Assembly (NCBI GenBank): GCA_963737655.1
Contig: CAVTTN010000002.1
Span: 5,632,001-5,696,000 of the forward strand
Reading direction: 5' to 3'
DNA from: an uncultured Planctomycetota bacterium
GTDB taxonomy: Bacteria; Planctomycetota; Planctomycetia; Isosphaerales; Isosphaeraceae
Length of the DNA: 64,000 nt
The notes under the pieces: model-generated
The model's database searches: none
The model's input: the letters and a program-made list of their open reading frames with translations, nothing else
Told to the model about the DNA's origin: nothing
Made by a program: the position numbers and the translations under genes
Shown: positions 1-11,951 of the stretch, piece after piece
Position numbering within the stretch: the stretch's first letter is position 1
How the letters are laid out: every line of letters starts with the position of its first letter

Positions 1-1304
1 CCGATCGGGAGGCGCTTGAGGTAGGGGCCGACGAGGTCCGCGTCCTTCGCCGGATACCGGCCGCGCTCTCGGAGATGGAGTTGCTCGGCGAGGGTCATGA
101 TCAGGAGGGCGCGGCCCTTGCGCTCGGCCTCGACGTCGGGCTCGAAGTAGCGAGTCGAGGGCAGGATCCGCCAGATCATGCTCGAATCGAGCCTCCGGAA
201 GAGGGCGCCCGGCTCGATCGCGCGGGCGGCCTCGGGGGCCGACGGGTCGGCGACGTACATCGTCCAGTTCGGCCATCGCGGGTCGTTGCCGACCTCCGCC
301 GGCCTCGCCGCCTTCGGCCGGTCGATCTGCGCCAGGCGATTGGCGAAGAAGAGGCGGGCCACGCGGAGGCTCCTCTCGGGTTCTCTCTTGTAGAACCACG
401 AGATTCGATGCCAGGCCCAGAATTGGTCATACGAATACGGGTTGTTGTCGGCCGTCTCGGTCCACTTCTGGAACCGGACGGGGTCGCCCAGGGCCCCTCT
501 CAGGGCGAGGTATTCGGCCTTCAGGTTGTCGGAGGCCGGCGGTTCGGACTCGTCGAGCGCGAGGACGTCGCGGAGGACTTCCCGGTGTGCCTCGATCGAG
601 AGCTTCGCACCCTTCGCCCAGGGCGAGAGGCGGGCGAGGGCCTGGCCTTCGAGGGCCACGCCGGACGCCCTCATCGGATAGCGGCTTCGCGTCTTCATGT
701 GACGGGAACACCGGAGGACGGCCCGATACCACCCCCACGCCCCGGCGAAGTCCCCATGTTCTTCGAGCCGCGAGCCTTCGAGGAGGGCCATCTGGCCGAG
801 CCTCAGGAGCTGCGCCGGGTAGGTCGCGTCGGCGACCAGCGGGATCGCCCCCGGCGGCTCGGGCATGGCGTCGGGCCGTCCCGTCCCCTCTCGCCAGAGG
901 GCCAGGATCGCCCGGTTCTGGACGACCCACGACTTGAGCGCCGGCGTCGAGGCCCCCCAGCCCGCTCTGACGGCCCCGAACATCCCGTTCCAGTCTCGCG
1001 ATTCGGGCGTGTCGACCAGGCGGTCGGCGGCCTCTCGGTAGAGGACGAACGCATCGTCCGCCTCGGGCACCGAACCGGCCTCCCTGGCGAACGCCGCCAC
1101 GTCGAATGGGTCGCCGACGTCGGGCAAATCGCGGAGGCTGGCCTGCCTCCAGACGAGGCTGCCGACGAATGTTCCCACGATCAAATAAGCGACGATCAGG
1201 AGCCGCCTCCGCCAGCCCCGGCTCCGTTCGAGGAGGTGCATCGGGGCGAGGATCACGCCCAGGGCGCGGGCCGCCGGCCGCTTCAGCGAGGTCATCGAGG
1301 TCAT
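1..1304 (-). CDS. Membrane-anchored hypothetical protein, paralog of 1301..2541; 3' end runs off the window
   Basis: Manual minus-strand translation: MTSMTSLKRPAARALGVILAP...LPDVGDPFD...REPERSLRVARLFFANRLA...RGRYPAKDADLVGPYLKRLP. Its ATG overlaps the upstream TGA (ATGA at 1301-1304). Absent from the ORF track because there is no stop in the window. Confidence 0.7.
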   Translation of the reverse strand, partial: MTSMTSLKRPAARALGVILAPMHLLERSRGWRRRLLIVAYLIVGTFVGSLVWRQASLRDLPDVGDPFDVAAFAREAGSVPEADDAFVLYREAADRLVDTPESRDWNGMFGAVRAGWGASTPALKSWVVQNRAILALWREGTGRPDAMPEPPGAIPLVADATYPAQLLRLGQMALLEGSRLEEHGDFAGAWGWYRAVLRCSRHMKTRSRYPMRASGVALEGQALARLSPWAKGAKLSIEAHREVLRDVLALDESEPPASDNLKAEYLALRGALGDPVRFQKWTETADNNPYSYDQFWAWHRISWFYKREPERSLRVARLFFANRLAQIDRPKAARPAEVGNDPRWPNWTMYVADPSAPEAARAIEPGALFRRLDSSMIWRILPSTRYFEPDVEAERKGRALLIMTLAEQLHLRERGRYPAKDADLVGPYLKRLPI

Positions 1305-2541
1305 CGCGGGGCCTCCGCTTTCGTCTTCTTCGCGAGTTCTCCCTCCAGGTCGGCGATCAGCGAAGGTCTCAGACTCGCGTCGCGATCGACCCAGCGGTGG
1401 GGGCCGTACCAGCGCTGGGGGCCATTGCCCGCGCGGAGGAACCAGGCGCCCCGACCCTCGTCCAGGCCCCGGACGATCTCGGCCGGGGAGGCGATCCCGG
1501 CGGGCAGGCCGGGCGGGGGGGTTTCGTAGAACGGGAGGCCCTCCCGAGCGGAAACGAGCTTCGGCCGGGACGCGGGCGGGTTGTCCACATAGGCCAGCCA
1601 GTTGGCGAACATGATCTTGTGGATGCGCCGGCGCGCTCGGGCTCGTTCTGGAGGAAGGCGAGGAGGCGGAGGTAGCCCGGGAGGTGGGACGGCCAGTCCT
1701 CGTCGGCGGCCTGGCTGCCGAGGTACTCCGACATGAGTCCGGGGCGGGACCACTCCTTCTGCTCGGCGAGGTAATCGATCTGGAGGCATTCGACGGGCGA
1801 CGGGCCGAGAGCATCGAGGCTTCGGACGTCGCCCAGGGCCTTGCGGATCAACTCCGGGCCGACGAGCGGATTCGCGGCCCATTTCGTCGCGCGCTCGGCC
1901 GCGATGGCGAAGGTCTCGACGCCGGAATACGCCTCGAATGACGACGCATGCCGCCCCACCAGCCGGGAGCCTCGCAGGGCGGCCCGATACCACGTCCAGG
2001 CGCCGGACGGGTCGCCGCCGGCCAGGAGCCGATCGCCTTGGAGCAGCGCGAGCGAGGCCATCCGGTGATGCGAGCTCCCCCTCTGGTATGGCGCGATGTT
2101 TTCCTCGGTCCCGGGCCGGGCCGGCATCGCGTCGGGGCGGTCGGTCCCCTGCCTCCAGAGGTCCAGGGCCTCGGCATTCTGGTCGAGATAGGCGAGCAGT
2201 GGGGGTGAGGCCATCGGTCCTCGGCCCCGGACGAGTATCCGATCGATCTCGTCGGACCGTTTCAGCCGCTTCTCCGCCTCGCGCCACAAGCTCCAGGCGT
2301 TGCGGTCGGGCGGGACGTCGATCGCCCGGATCGGCGCGGGGTCGAACGGGTCGCCGATGTCGGGATAGCCGGCCAGCCGGCTGGCCCGGTACCCGAACAT
2401 GGCGAGGACGGCCAGGATCAACCCATAAAGGGCCAGAAGCGCCAGCCTCCTTCGACCCTTCGCCCGCTCGACCCAGACCAGGGGGGCCGTGAGCACCCCG
2501 ACGACCGTCGGCCGCCTGGTCGCCTTCGCGTTCGTCTCCAT
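1301..2541 (-). CDS. Membrane-anchored hypothetical protein (frameshift near 1630)
   Basis: N-terminal TM then YPDIGDPFD. The sensible reading switches from ORF 1369..2541 to ORF 1301..2287 (…QNEPERA/RRIHKIMFANWLAY…). Colinear with the downstream paralog. Confidence 0.65.
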
Positions 2542-2683
2542 CGCCGTCGCCTCGGGAGGGCGGAACGTCCTCTTTCGAGGAAGATTATCAGGGCGATGGC
2601 CTCATGCCAACTCCCGAGTCCGAAATCTTTCGGATTCAGGGCGGGGGAGCCGACCCGGCGCGGGGTGGGGCGCTCCGGTCGGA

Positions 2684-3304
2684 TCAGATCTTGCGGTCTC
2701 GATGGCGTTGGCGGCGGCGGGCCATGGGGGGTTGGAGGATCTCGTTGAGGAGGAAGGCCTCGCGGATTCGGGCGGTGGTGCTCAGGGCCAGGCGGAGGTC
2801 GGCGATGCTCGTGGCGGCGACGTAGCCGACGGCCGGGGCGGTGGACGTGGCGGCGGCCTCCAGCTCATTGGCGGCGGAGACCGATTCGGTGAGCGGGCGG
2901 ATCTCCAGGGGTCGGGTGATCGTCTGGTTGACCTCGGCGGAGATCCGGCCGCCGAGGATCTCCTTGGGCCGGGACGGCGGCGGCTCAGGGCGCCTTGGCG
3001 AGGAGGAGGCCGGTCGCGTCCGGCCCTGGTTGCGCCGGGCCGGAGAGGTGGATCGCGCCCCGGGACGGGTCGTCTCGGAGCGGAGGATGATGATCCCGTC
3101 ATCCTTCGCGGTCGGGCGGTTCGCGGACGTCATGGAGGAGCCGCCCGGCCTCTCGCCGGGCCGGGGCGGGAAGCCGGGCCGAGGGCCCAGGCCCATCGCC
3201 CGGTCCTTGGCCGCGGCGTTCTCGCGATTGAACAGGTTGCTCAGGGCCCAGACGATCAGCATGACCACCGGGATGATGATCCGCCACAGATCCTGATTCA
3301 TCAT
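2684..3304 (-). CDS. Hypothetical membrane-anchored protein downstream of floA (YqfB-like position)
   Basis: MMNQDLWRIIIPVVMLIVWALS TM, a disordered linker, and C-terminal IREAFLLNEILQPP; directly follows floA. Confidence 0.65.
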   Translation of the reverse strand: MMNQDLWRIIIPVVMLIVWALSNLFNRENAAAKDRAMGLGPRPGFPPRPGERPGGSSMTSANRPTAKDDGIIILRSETTRPGARSTSPARRNQGRTRPASSSPRRPEPPPSRPKEILGGRISAEVNQTITRPLEIRPLTESVSAANELEAAATSTAPAVGYVAATSIADLRLALSTTARIREAFLLNEILQPPMARRRQRHRDRKI

Positions 3305-3357
3305 GGCCCTCCGGCCTGCTGGCGAGACGACGATGGGGACCGATCCGATGGGGAGTC

Positions 3358-4422
3358 TCAGGAGTTCGACGGTTCTCGGCGGGCGTTGCCGCTGCCGGCG
3401 ATGGCCGACCTCATCTCGGTATCGGCCTGGATGTTGCGGAGGTTGTAGTAATCGTTGATCCCCAGGTTCCCCTTGCGGAACGCCTCGGCGATCGCCATCG
3501 GGATCTCGGCCTCGGCCAGGACGACCTTGGCGCGGTTGGACTGGACCGTCGCGATGTGCTCCTGCTCCATCGCCACGGCGAACGCCCGGCGCTCCTCGGC
3601 CTTGGCGCGGGCCACGCGCGTGTCGGCCTCGGCCTGGGCGGCCTGGAGGTTGGCGCCGATGTTCTCGCCCACGTCGATGTCGGCGATGTCGATCGAGAGG
3701 ATCTCGAAGGCGGTGCCGGCGTCCAGGCCCTTCTCCAGCACCCGCTTGGAGATGGTGTCCGGGTTCTCGAGCACCTGGCTGTGCGACTCGGCCGAGCCGA
3801 TGGTGGTGACGATGCCCTCGCCCACCCGGGCGATGATCGTTTCCTCGGTCGCCCCGCCGACCAGGCGGTCGATGTTCGTGCGGACCGTCACGCGGGCCTT
3901 GACCTTGAGCTGAATCCCGTTCTTGGCGACGGCGTCGATCGTCTGGCGGCCCTTGGCCGGGTCGGGGCAGTCGATGACCTTGGGATTCACGCTCGTCTGG
4001 ACGGCATCGAGGACGTTCCGGCCGGCGAGGTCGATGGCGGCGGCCCTCTTGTACGAGAGGGGGATGTCCGCGCGATTGGCGGCGATCAGGGCGCGGACGA
4101 CGTTGGGGACGTTCCCCCCGGCGAGGTAGTGGGCCTCGAGGCTGCGGGTCGAGACGCCGTCCTTCTCGGTGAGGCCGGCCTGGATGGCCATGATCTTGGA
4201 GCGGACCATGATGTTCGGGTTGACCTTGCGGAAGGTCATCCCCACGAGGTCCCACAGGCCCACGTTCGCCCCGGTCGTCTTGGACTGGATCCAGAGGTTG
4301 AAGTACTTGGCGAACAGGACGAACAGGACGAGCGAGAACAGGACGATGACGCCGCCACAGATGTACAAGATGATCATCATCTTGTTGGCTTCGGTCAACT
4401 GGGCGAGGATCGCGGGCAGCAT
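3358..4422 (-). CDS. floA: Flotillin-like protein FloA (YqfA/UPF0365 family)
   Basis: [66 protein letters not shown] motifs. Confidence 0.93.
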   Translation of the reverse strand: MLPAILAQLTEANKMMIILYICGGVIVLFSLVLFVLFAKYFNLWIQSKTTGANVGLWDLVGMTFRKVNPNIMVRSKIMAIQAGLTEKDGVSTRSLEAHYLAGGNVPNVVRALIAANRADIPLSYKRAAAIDLAGRNVLDAVQTSVNPKVIDCPDPAKGRQTIDAVAKNGIQLKVKARVTVRTNIDRLVGGATEETIIARVGEGIVTTIGSAESHSQVLENPDTISKRVLEKGLDAGTAFEILSIDIADIDVGENIGANLQAAQAEADTRVARAKAEERRAFAVAMEQEHIATVQSNRAKVVLAEAEIPMAIAEAFRKGNLGINDYYNLRNIQADTEMRSAIAGSGNARREPSNS

Positions 4423-4713
4423 GGGAGCCTCTCGGTTCGCGCGGGCGTCGCGACACAAAAATGCCGAACGGGAGGGCGGCCGGTCGCGGCCCCTGGTCCG
4501 ATTGTAGCGGATCGGCCGGGGCGATGCACCAGAGGCGCCCGGACCCGACGAATCCGGTTGGCTCGATCGGGGAAAACCTGCCCGCGTCGGCGCGGTGACT
4601 CCTGGTTCCGAGGGCCGGATGGACTATAAGATAGGGACATCGCGAGCGGCCCCGGATCGCCCCTCGGGCTCCGGGGCCGCGGGTCGAACCGCGTTCTTGC
4701 CAGGGAGATCGGG

Positions 4714-5700
4714 ATGACGAAGAGGAACTGGACGCCCCGGGCGTCGGCCCTGGGCCTGGGCCTGGCCGCCGTTTTGGGGCTGGGTGTCGCCGGCTGCGGA
4801 GGCTCGAAGGAAGGCGTCGATACGGCGACGGTGACGGTCAACGAGCCGGTGGCCTCGACGACCTCCTCGGCCAATTCGAGCGCCGCCCCGACCGAGACCA
4901 AGGGCGCCGCCCCGACCGAGACCAAGGGCGCCGCCGAGCCCGCCAAGACGACCGAGGCCGCCGGGGCCGTCGAGGGCTGGGGGACGCTCAAGGGCAAGGT
5001 CACCCTCGCCGGAGACCCGCCCGCGCCCAAGGTCCTCGTCGCCAAGGGGGATTTCGGCGTGAAGGACGGCAAGGGCCCCGACGGCCAGCCCCTCTGCGCC
5101 GCCAAGGAGATCGACTCCGAGAGGCTCGTCGTGGACAAGGCCACCAAGGGCGTGAAGTGGGCGATCGTCTACATCCCCAAGCCCACCAAGGTGAACCCCG
5201 AGGCCGAGTCCGCCGCCAAGTCCGCGCCGCTGGTCTTCGACCAGAAGAACTGCTCGTTCGTGCCCCACGTCCTGGTGGGGACCAAGGGCGCGACGGTCAC
5301 GATCACGTCGCAGGACCCGGTGGGCCACAACGCCAACTCTCGCGGCCTGTTGAACACGAAGTTCAACCTGCCGACCCAGCCGAACTCGAAGATCCCTCAG
5401 CTCTTGAAGAACCCCGAGCCCAAGCCGGGCGAGGTCGGCTGCGACGTCCACCCGTGGATGAAGGCGTACTGGTTCGTCCTGAACAACCCGTACTTCGCCG
5501 TCACGGACGCCCAGGGCAACTACGAGATCAAGAACGCCCCGGCCGGCGAGCAGAAGGTGGTGGTCTGGGCCGAATGCCTCGGCCCCGGCCTGCTGACGCC
5601 CTCCTCGGGCGAGGCCGTGACGATCAAGGCCGGCGGCGACACGGCGAAGGATTTCACCATCGACGCCGCGAAGGTCAAGCCCGAAGGCTGCAGCCCACCC
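4714..5700 (+). CDS. Lipoprotein with cupredoxin-like/carboxypeptidase-regulatory-like domains, paralog 1 (true stop probably lost; end approximate)
   Basis: Lipobox-like VAGC. FDQKNCSFVPHV...DPVGHN...CDVHPWMKAY...PYFAVTD motifs. The domain ends AAKVKP, like paralog 2. Confidence 0.7.
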
Positions 5701-5826
5701 ACCGATCGCGCCGGCCCCGTTTCTTCCGAGACGGCGGCCGGCTTCCCTCCCTCGCTCCTGATCGCTCCCCGCCCCCTCGGGGGATCGACGACCATCCTCC
5801 CCCTCCCGACGGAGAACTCTCCTCCC

Positions 5827-6660
5827 ATGCGCGTTGCGAAGCCCCTGCTTGCCTGCGCCGGAACGGCCGGCGCCCTCCTGTTCGGCCTGATGGTGTTCGG
5901 CGGCGCGACCGGCCCGAAGGCGGCCGAGGCGTCGGTCCCGGCCGGTCCGATCGCCTCGGCGACGGTGGCCCAGGGCGGATTCGGCACGATCAAGGGCCGG
6001 GTCGTCTGGGGAGGCGCCACCGCGCCGGCCCCCGTCGAGCTGAACACCTCCAGCACCAATGACGCCTTCTGCAAGATGCAGACGCCCAAGGACAACGGCC
6101 TGAAGGTCGATCCCAAGACCAAGGGCGTGGCCAACGTCTTCGCCTGCCTCCTGACCCCCAAGGGGAAGAACCCCGAGGCCGAGAAGGCCCTGCTGGCCAA
6201 GGAAGCGAAGGTCGAGATCGACAACAAGAATTGCGAATTCGTCCCCTACAGCACCGCCGTGATGAAGGGGCAGACCGTCGTGTTCAAGTCCGACGACCCG
6301 GTGGGCCACAACTCCCACTGGAGCGGCTTCAACAACAACGGCAACGTGAACCTGCCGCCCAAGGGGAAGGTGGAGCAGAAGCTCCAGCCCGAGAAACGGC
6401 TGATCGAGCTGAAGTGCGACATTCACCCCTGGATGAAGGGGTACATCATGGTCTTCGACCACCCGTTCTTCGCCGTCACGGGCGAGGATGGCTCGTTCGA
6501 GATCCAGGGCGTGCCGGCCGGGCCGCAGAACCTGGTCGTCCTCCACGGGCCCGTCGGGTTCGTCACGCCGAATGGGAACAAGGGGATGGCCGTCGAGGTC
6601 AAGGCGGGCGAGACGACCAACGTGGGCGACATCGTCCTCAATCCGGCCAAGGTGAAGTAG
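5827..6660 (+). CDS. Secreted cupredoxin-like/carboxypeptidase-regulatory-like protein, paralog 2
   Basis: Has its own signal peptide (MRVAKPLLACAG...) and GGAGA upstream. IDNKNCEFVPY...DPVGHN...CDIHPWMKGY...HPFFAVT motifs. Confidence 0.75.
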   Translation: MRVAKPLLACAGTAGALLFGLMVFGGATGPKAAEASVPAGPIASATVAQGGFGTIKGRVVWGGATAPAPVELNTSSTNDAFCKMQTPKDNGLKVDPKTKGVANVFACLLTPKGKNPEAEKALLAKEAKVEIDNKNCEFVPYSTAVMKGQTVVFKSDDPVGHNSHWSGFNNNGNVNLPPKGKVEQKLQPEKRLIELKCDIHPWMKGYIMVFDHPFFAVTGEDGSFEIQGVPAGPQNLVVLHGPVGFVTPNGNKGMAVEVKAGETTNVGDIVLNPAKVK

Positions 6661-6799
6661 GGTGCATGAAATGCACCAACCAACGCGGCGGGCCACGCCC
6701 GCCTCCCTTTTCCTCTTCCTCCGTTCGGGAGGTTGAGAAATCGGTAGGCGGGCGTGGCCCGCCGCGTTGTTGGTGCTTGGTGCATTGCATGCACCCTAC
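6657..6799. repeat. GTAG-type REP doublet between convergent genes
   Basis: GTAGGGTGCATGAAATGCACC ... GGTGCATTGCATGCACCCTAC, plus an inner inverted repeat CAACGCGGCGGGCCACGCCCGCCT / AGGCGGGCGTGGCCCGCCGCGTTG. Confidence 0.85.
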
Positions 6800-7476
6800 A
6801 TTTCGCCGAGCATCCCGGCGTGGAAGGTGATGTCCTGGGGCCGGCCGGGCTTCTCGGGCTTCGGGGCCGAGTCGCTCACGGAGGCGGCGTCGGCGGCGTC
6901 GAAGCGGATCAGGGCGCCCTCGGCCGACAGTCCCAAACCGCCTCGCTCCCGGCCCTTGCGGTCGGAGAACGAGAGCTTGGCCGAGCCTCCGGGCGAGACG
7001 TTCAGGGCCGCGCCCCGGCGATCCCGCAGGAGTTCCAGGCCGGTGGTGCCGTCGTCGGCCAGGCTCAGGCCCGCTCGGCTCCGGCCGTCGCGGTCGAACA
7101 GGCTGATCGAGGCGGCCGAGCCGGTCTGCGAGGTCATCGCCACCCGGGGGGCCTGATCCTCGAAATATTCGAGGGCCGAGGAGCCGTCGGGCATGGCCCG
7201 GAGCAGGACCTGATCGCGCCCGGACTCGTCCATCAGGGCGAGCGCAGGCGCCAGGTCGTATTTCAGGGACAACATGGCCCGGGACCGGCCGTGCTCATCC
7301 TTCAGGACGAACCGTTCGGCCGAGACCTCGCGGGGCGCCCGGACGAGGTTCGTCCCGACCACGAGGAGGACCATTGCCCCGCCGACCAGCAACGCGCCGG
7401 CCCGCTTCAGGAGGAGGTTCTCCCTCTCCAGGCGGTCCAGGCGATCGGCCAGCGAGGCCACCGTGGGCGTTTCCAT
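6796..7476 (-). CDS. Hypothetical protein (N-terminal coiled coil and TM, then beta-strand repeats)
   Basis: METPTVASLADRLDRLEREN..., TM segment, repeated LxDxxGRxRAxL units. Confidence 0.7.
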   Translation of the reverse strand: METPTVASLADRLDRLERENLLLKRAGALLVGGAMVLLVVGTNLVRAPREVSAERFVLKDEHGRSRAMLSLKYDLAPALALMDESGRDQVLLRAMPDGSSALEYFEDQAPRVAMTSQTGSAASISLFDRDGRSRAGLSLADDGTTGLELLRDRRGAALNVSPGGSAKLSFSDRKGRERGGLGLSAEGALIRFDAADAASVSDSAPKPEKPGRPQDITFHAGMLGEM

Positions 7477-7784
7477 CCGAGAAGTCTCCGATCGAGTCAG
7501 GGAGAGTCCGTCGATCGACGGGGCCGATCGCCCGGCCCGAGGGCGGCGGGGCCCCATCCTCCGGGCCCATCGCACCCCTCCCCTTAGAACGCTAGAACGC
7601 CCCAGGAGGTTCGCGACGACCCCGAAAATATTCGTCGAAAACGGGCCGGGCGAGGCGACGCGGCAGCACGGCCGGGACGGCTCCGAGGCGGCCGTCGGCC
7701 TCCTCCCCGTCTTCTCCAGAGGTCACGGCCGACGCGGCCTCCGCGCCGCGAATCCCGGTCGACGCTCTCGCCTCGCCGATTCGC

Positions 7785-9212
7785 TTATTTCGGGGCGGAT
7801 TCCGCCGTCTTCTCCGTTTTCTTGGCCAGGAACGCCGATTCCAGGAGCGATTCGGTCGCGGCGCTGTCGAACCCCTCGACGATCGCCACGTCGGCCCCTC
7901 GACGCTCGACGGCGAAGACCGTGCCCTCGCTCGGGCGGCGGGTCGAGTCGGGCAGGGCCTCGGGGTTGGTGGCCTTCGGGCCGAGCTTCTTCGTCTGGAA
8001 TTCGAGGTAGGCGCGGGCGAACTGGCGGGCGTCTTCCTCGGAGTCCCAGGTCGAGAGCCAGACCAGGCCGAGCTGGCCGGCGGGGCTCTCGAAGGCGGCG
8101 AACTGGTCGCCGTCCCAGCCGGCGGCGGCGTCTCGGGCCTTCGTCCTGTTGCCCAGGAGGATGGCCGCCTGCATCTCGCCGACGACGTTGCGGGTCACTT
8201 CCTTCCAGGACGGCCCGGGGTCGAGCTTGCCGAGGTCCACGGCCGTCGGCGCGTCGGGCTTCGCCCGGTACTTCTCGGGGTGGAGCACCTGCTCGGTCGA
8301 GAGCGGAGGGTTCTTGTACGCCTCGTCCAGGGCCTTCCAGCCGCCATCATTGACCAGCCGGGCGCACAGGACCAGGCCGCGAAGATAGGGGAACAACAGC
8401 GACTCGGAGAGGATCGGCGGGGCCTCCTTGAGCGCCTTGCCGCCGGCCATCGTCATGAACGGCATCATCAGCGAGAAGGCGCGGTCGAGGTCGGCGGCGC
8501 GGATCGCGACGATCTTCGAGCCGTCATAGTCCTCCATCTGCGCGGCCATCATCGTCAGGGTCGCCTCGCCCTCGATCAGGGCGGAGAGGGCGAGCGAGCG
8601 GTCGTCGTCGTGCCGGGTCTTCTTCTGCATGGCGTCGAGGTCGTAATTCTGGTCGGCCAGGGCGTGGGTGAGCTCGTGGGCGATCACCGTCTTGTTCTCG
8701 TCCTTGTCGAACCCGCCCTTCTTGCCCATGAGCTTCTCGAAGAAGCCGGCGGGCTTGCCCTTGTTCGGCTCTCCGGGCTCGCGGATCAGGTGCATGGTCT
8801 TGGTCTTCGGGTCGTAGAAGGCGGCGATCTCCTCGGAATAGACCCGGACGGTGATGTCCTTGAAGTTCAGGTCCCTGGGGATGAAGCCCAGGGCCTTCAT
8901 GCCGATCTCGTCGCCCCGGTATTCCTCGGCGGTCTTGTCGTCCTCGAGCTCTTTGAGGAGGAATGTCTTGAGCTCCTCGCGGGCGGTCACGTCGCGCTTG
9001 ACCTCGTGGCGGAAGGCGATCTTGCGCATCCCGGGCAGGAGGTGCTCGAAGGCGGACTTGTAGCGGAGCTGGGCGTCGGTGGTCTCGCCGCGATCGGCGA
9101 GGGAGTCGCCCTCGGCCAGGAGTTTCTTGCCGGAGGCGGGGTCGGCCTTCGGCCCTTCGGCCGAAGCGGAGAGCGGGGCGAGGATCAGCAGGAGGGCGAG
9201 GAGGCGCGGCAT
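7785..9212 (-). CDS. Secreted zincin-like metallopeptidase-domain protein
   Basis: Signal peptide MPRLLALLLILAPLSASA. IAAFYDP, AHELTHALADQ (HExxH), ALIEGEAT, FPYLRG, PPLSTEQVLHP motifs. Confidence 0.75.
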   Translation of the reverse strand: MPRLLALLLILAPLSASAEGPKADPASGKKLLAEGDSLADRGETTDAQLRYKSAFEHLLPGMRKIAFRHEVKRDVTAREELKTFLLKELEDDKTAEEYRGDEIGMKALGFIPRDLNFKDITVRVYSEEIAAFYDPKTKTMHLIREPGEPNKGKPAGFFEKLMGKKGGFDKDENKTVIAHELTHALADQNYDLDAMQKKTRHDDDRSLALSALIEGEATLTMMAAQMEDYDGSKIVAIRAADLDRAFSLMMPFMTMAGGKALKEAPPILSESLLFPYLRGLVLCARLVNDGGWKALDEAYKNPPLSTEQVLHPEKYRAKPDAPTAVDLGKLDPGPSWKEVTRNVVGEMQAAILLGNRTKARDAAAGWDGDQFAAFESPAGQLGLVWLSTWDSEEDARQFARAYLEFQTKKLGPKATNPEALPDSTRRPSEGTVFAVERRGADVAIVEGFDSAATESLLESAFLAKKTEKTAESAPK

Positions 9213-9328
9213 GAAGTCCCTCGGGGAAGGCGTCTCGGGGCGACGAACGGAGGGGCGGACCGACGCGGGCCGCGCCTGGGGAGCGCGGAGCCCGACCGGA
9301 AGGCCGATCGCTCCGAGAATCCCCGCCC

Positions 9329-10341
9329 TCATTTTGGCCGGGCGATCCGGGCGGGGCCAGAGGGCTTCGGCCTGGCGTTCAACGGGACTTCCAGCAGCTG
9401 GACGGCGGCCCGGACGACGGTTTCCTGCCTCGTCTTCGGCCCTTTGCGGGCCGGGTGGTTGCGGTTCTCCAGGCGGACGAGCTCCTGGAGGATTCGGGGC
9501 TCGGGCCAGGATTGGAGCCGGAGCGTCACCACCCGCTCTCGGCGGCCGGAGGAGGTCAGGGGGACGAGATCCTCGGGGGCCATCCAGGACGCCTTGCCGG
9601 GGACGATCCGCACCCCCTGGCGCTCGCAAAGCGCCTCGATCTCCTCCGCCGGGGAGACCGTGGGGTCTTTCAGGACCCGGCGGAGCTCGGCGCGGAAGCC
9701 CGATCGGCTCGTCTCCAGATCCTGGCGGTGCTGGTCCTCCATCTGGAACTCGCGGCGGAGGGCGGACCGCTCGTCGTCCTCGAACTGGCGGACCTTGGTG
9801 GCCTCCATCGCGGCCTCGTTGGCCTTCTTCTGGACGACCTCTCGGCGGATGTCATTCCAGACCTCCGAGGCGTCCACCGGCTCCTCGGGCAAGACCGCCG
9901 CGAGGGTCGGACGCGAGGGCGGGGCGCCAGGGCGGCCCGGATCGGGCCGAGGAAGGCTGGGCAACCGGGGAGGAATGACGAGCCGGGCCTCATGGACCAC
10001 CGCCACCGGCGGCGGGGGCGCCGGCGAGGCTTGCGGGGGAGGCGTCCGAGGGAGGGCCGGCGCCTCGGGCCGTCGGCGGGCGAGGAACCCTTCGAGCCCT
10101 CGCCAGTCCTCGATCCGGACCCGGTACGCCAGGACCATCCCGGCCACCAGGAGGAGGAGGACCGCCGGGGCGAGCCGGCTCAGCAGGCTCCTCCGATACT
10201 GGACGACCACTTTCGGCCGGGGGGCCGCCAGGTCATCGTCGGGGAGGGCATCCATGTGGTCCAGGCCCATTCGGCGAGGCTCCTCGGTCGATCGGGTCGG
10301 GTCGGGTCGGTCGTCAAAGGGGCGACGCCCCCGGGGCTGGC

Positions 10342-10345
<4 letters not shown>
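9329..10345 (-). CDS. Hypothetical membrane-anchored protein
   Basis: ATGA-coupled to the fumC stop. TM LAPAVLLLLVAGMVLAY, Pro-rich linker, helical C-terminal domain. Confidence 0.6.
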
Positions 10346-11886
<1,541 letters not shown>

Positions 11887-11908
11887 GCCAGGTTCCCCCG
11901 AGAAGCCG

Positions 11909-11936
11909 GGTCGGTCGGTCGGTCGGTCGGTCGGTC
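11909..11936. repeat. (GGTC)7 simple sequence repeat in the fumC leader
   Basis: Seven perfect GGTC copies counted directly. Confidence 0.9.
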
Positions 11937-11951
11937 CGCGAGGCGGACGGC

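Noticed and set aside
75..1529. Long R/P/G-rich ORFs here and throughout (e.g. 8280..10685, 19582..22551, 37193..40987, 46325..49312)
   Set aside because: They are shadow ORFs opposite or overlapping real genes, as expected in very high-GC DNA.
4881..4935. 24-bp tandem duplication (AAPTETKG x2)
   Set aside because: Ordinary linker expansion in a lipoprotein tether.
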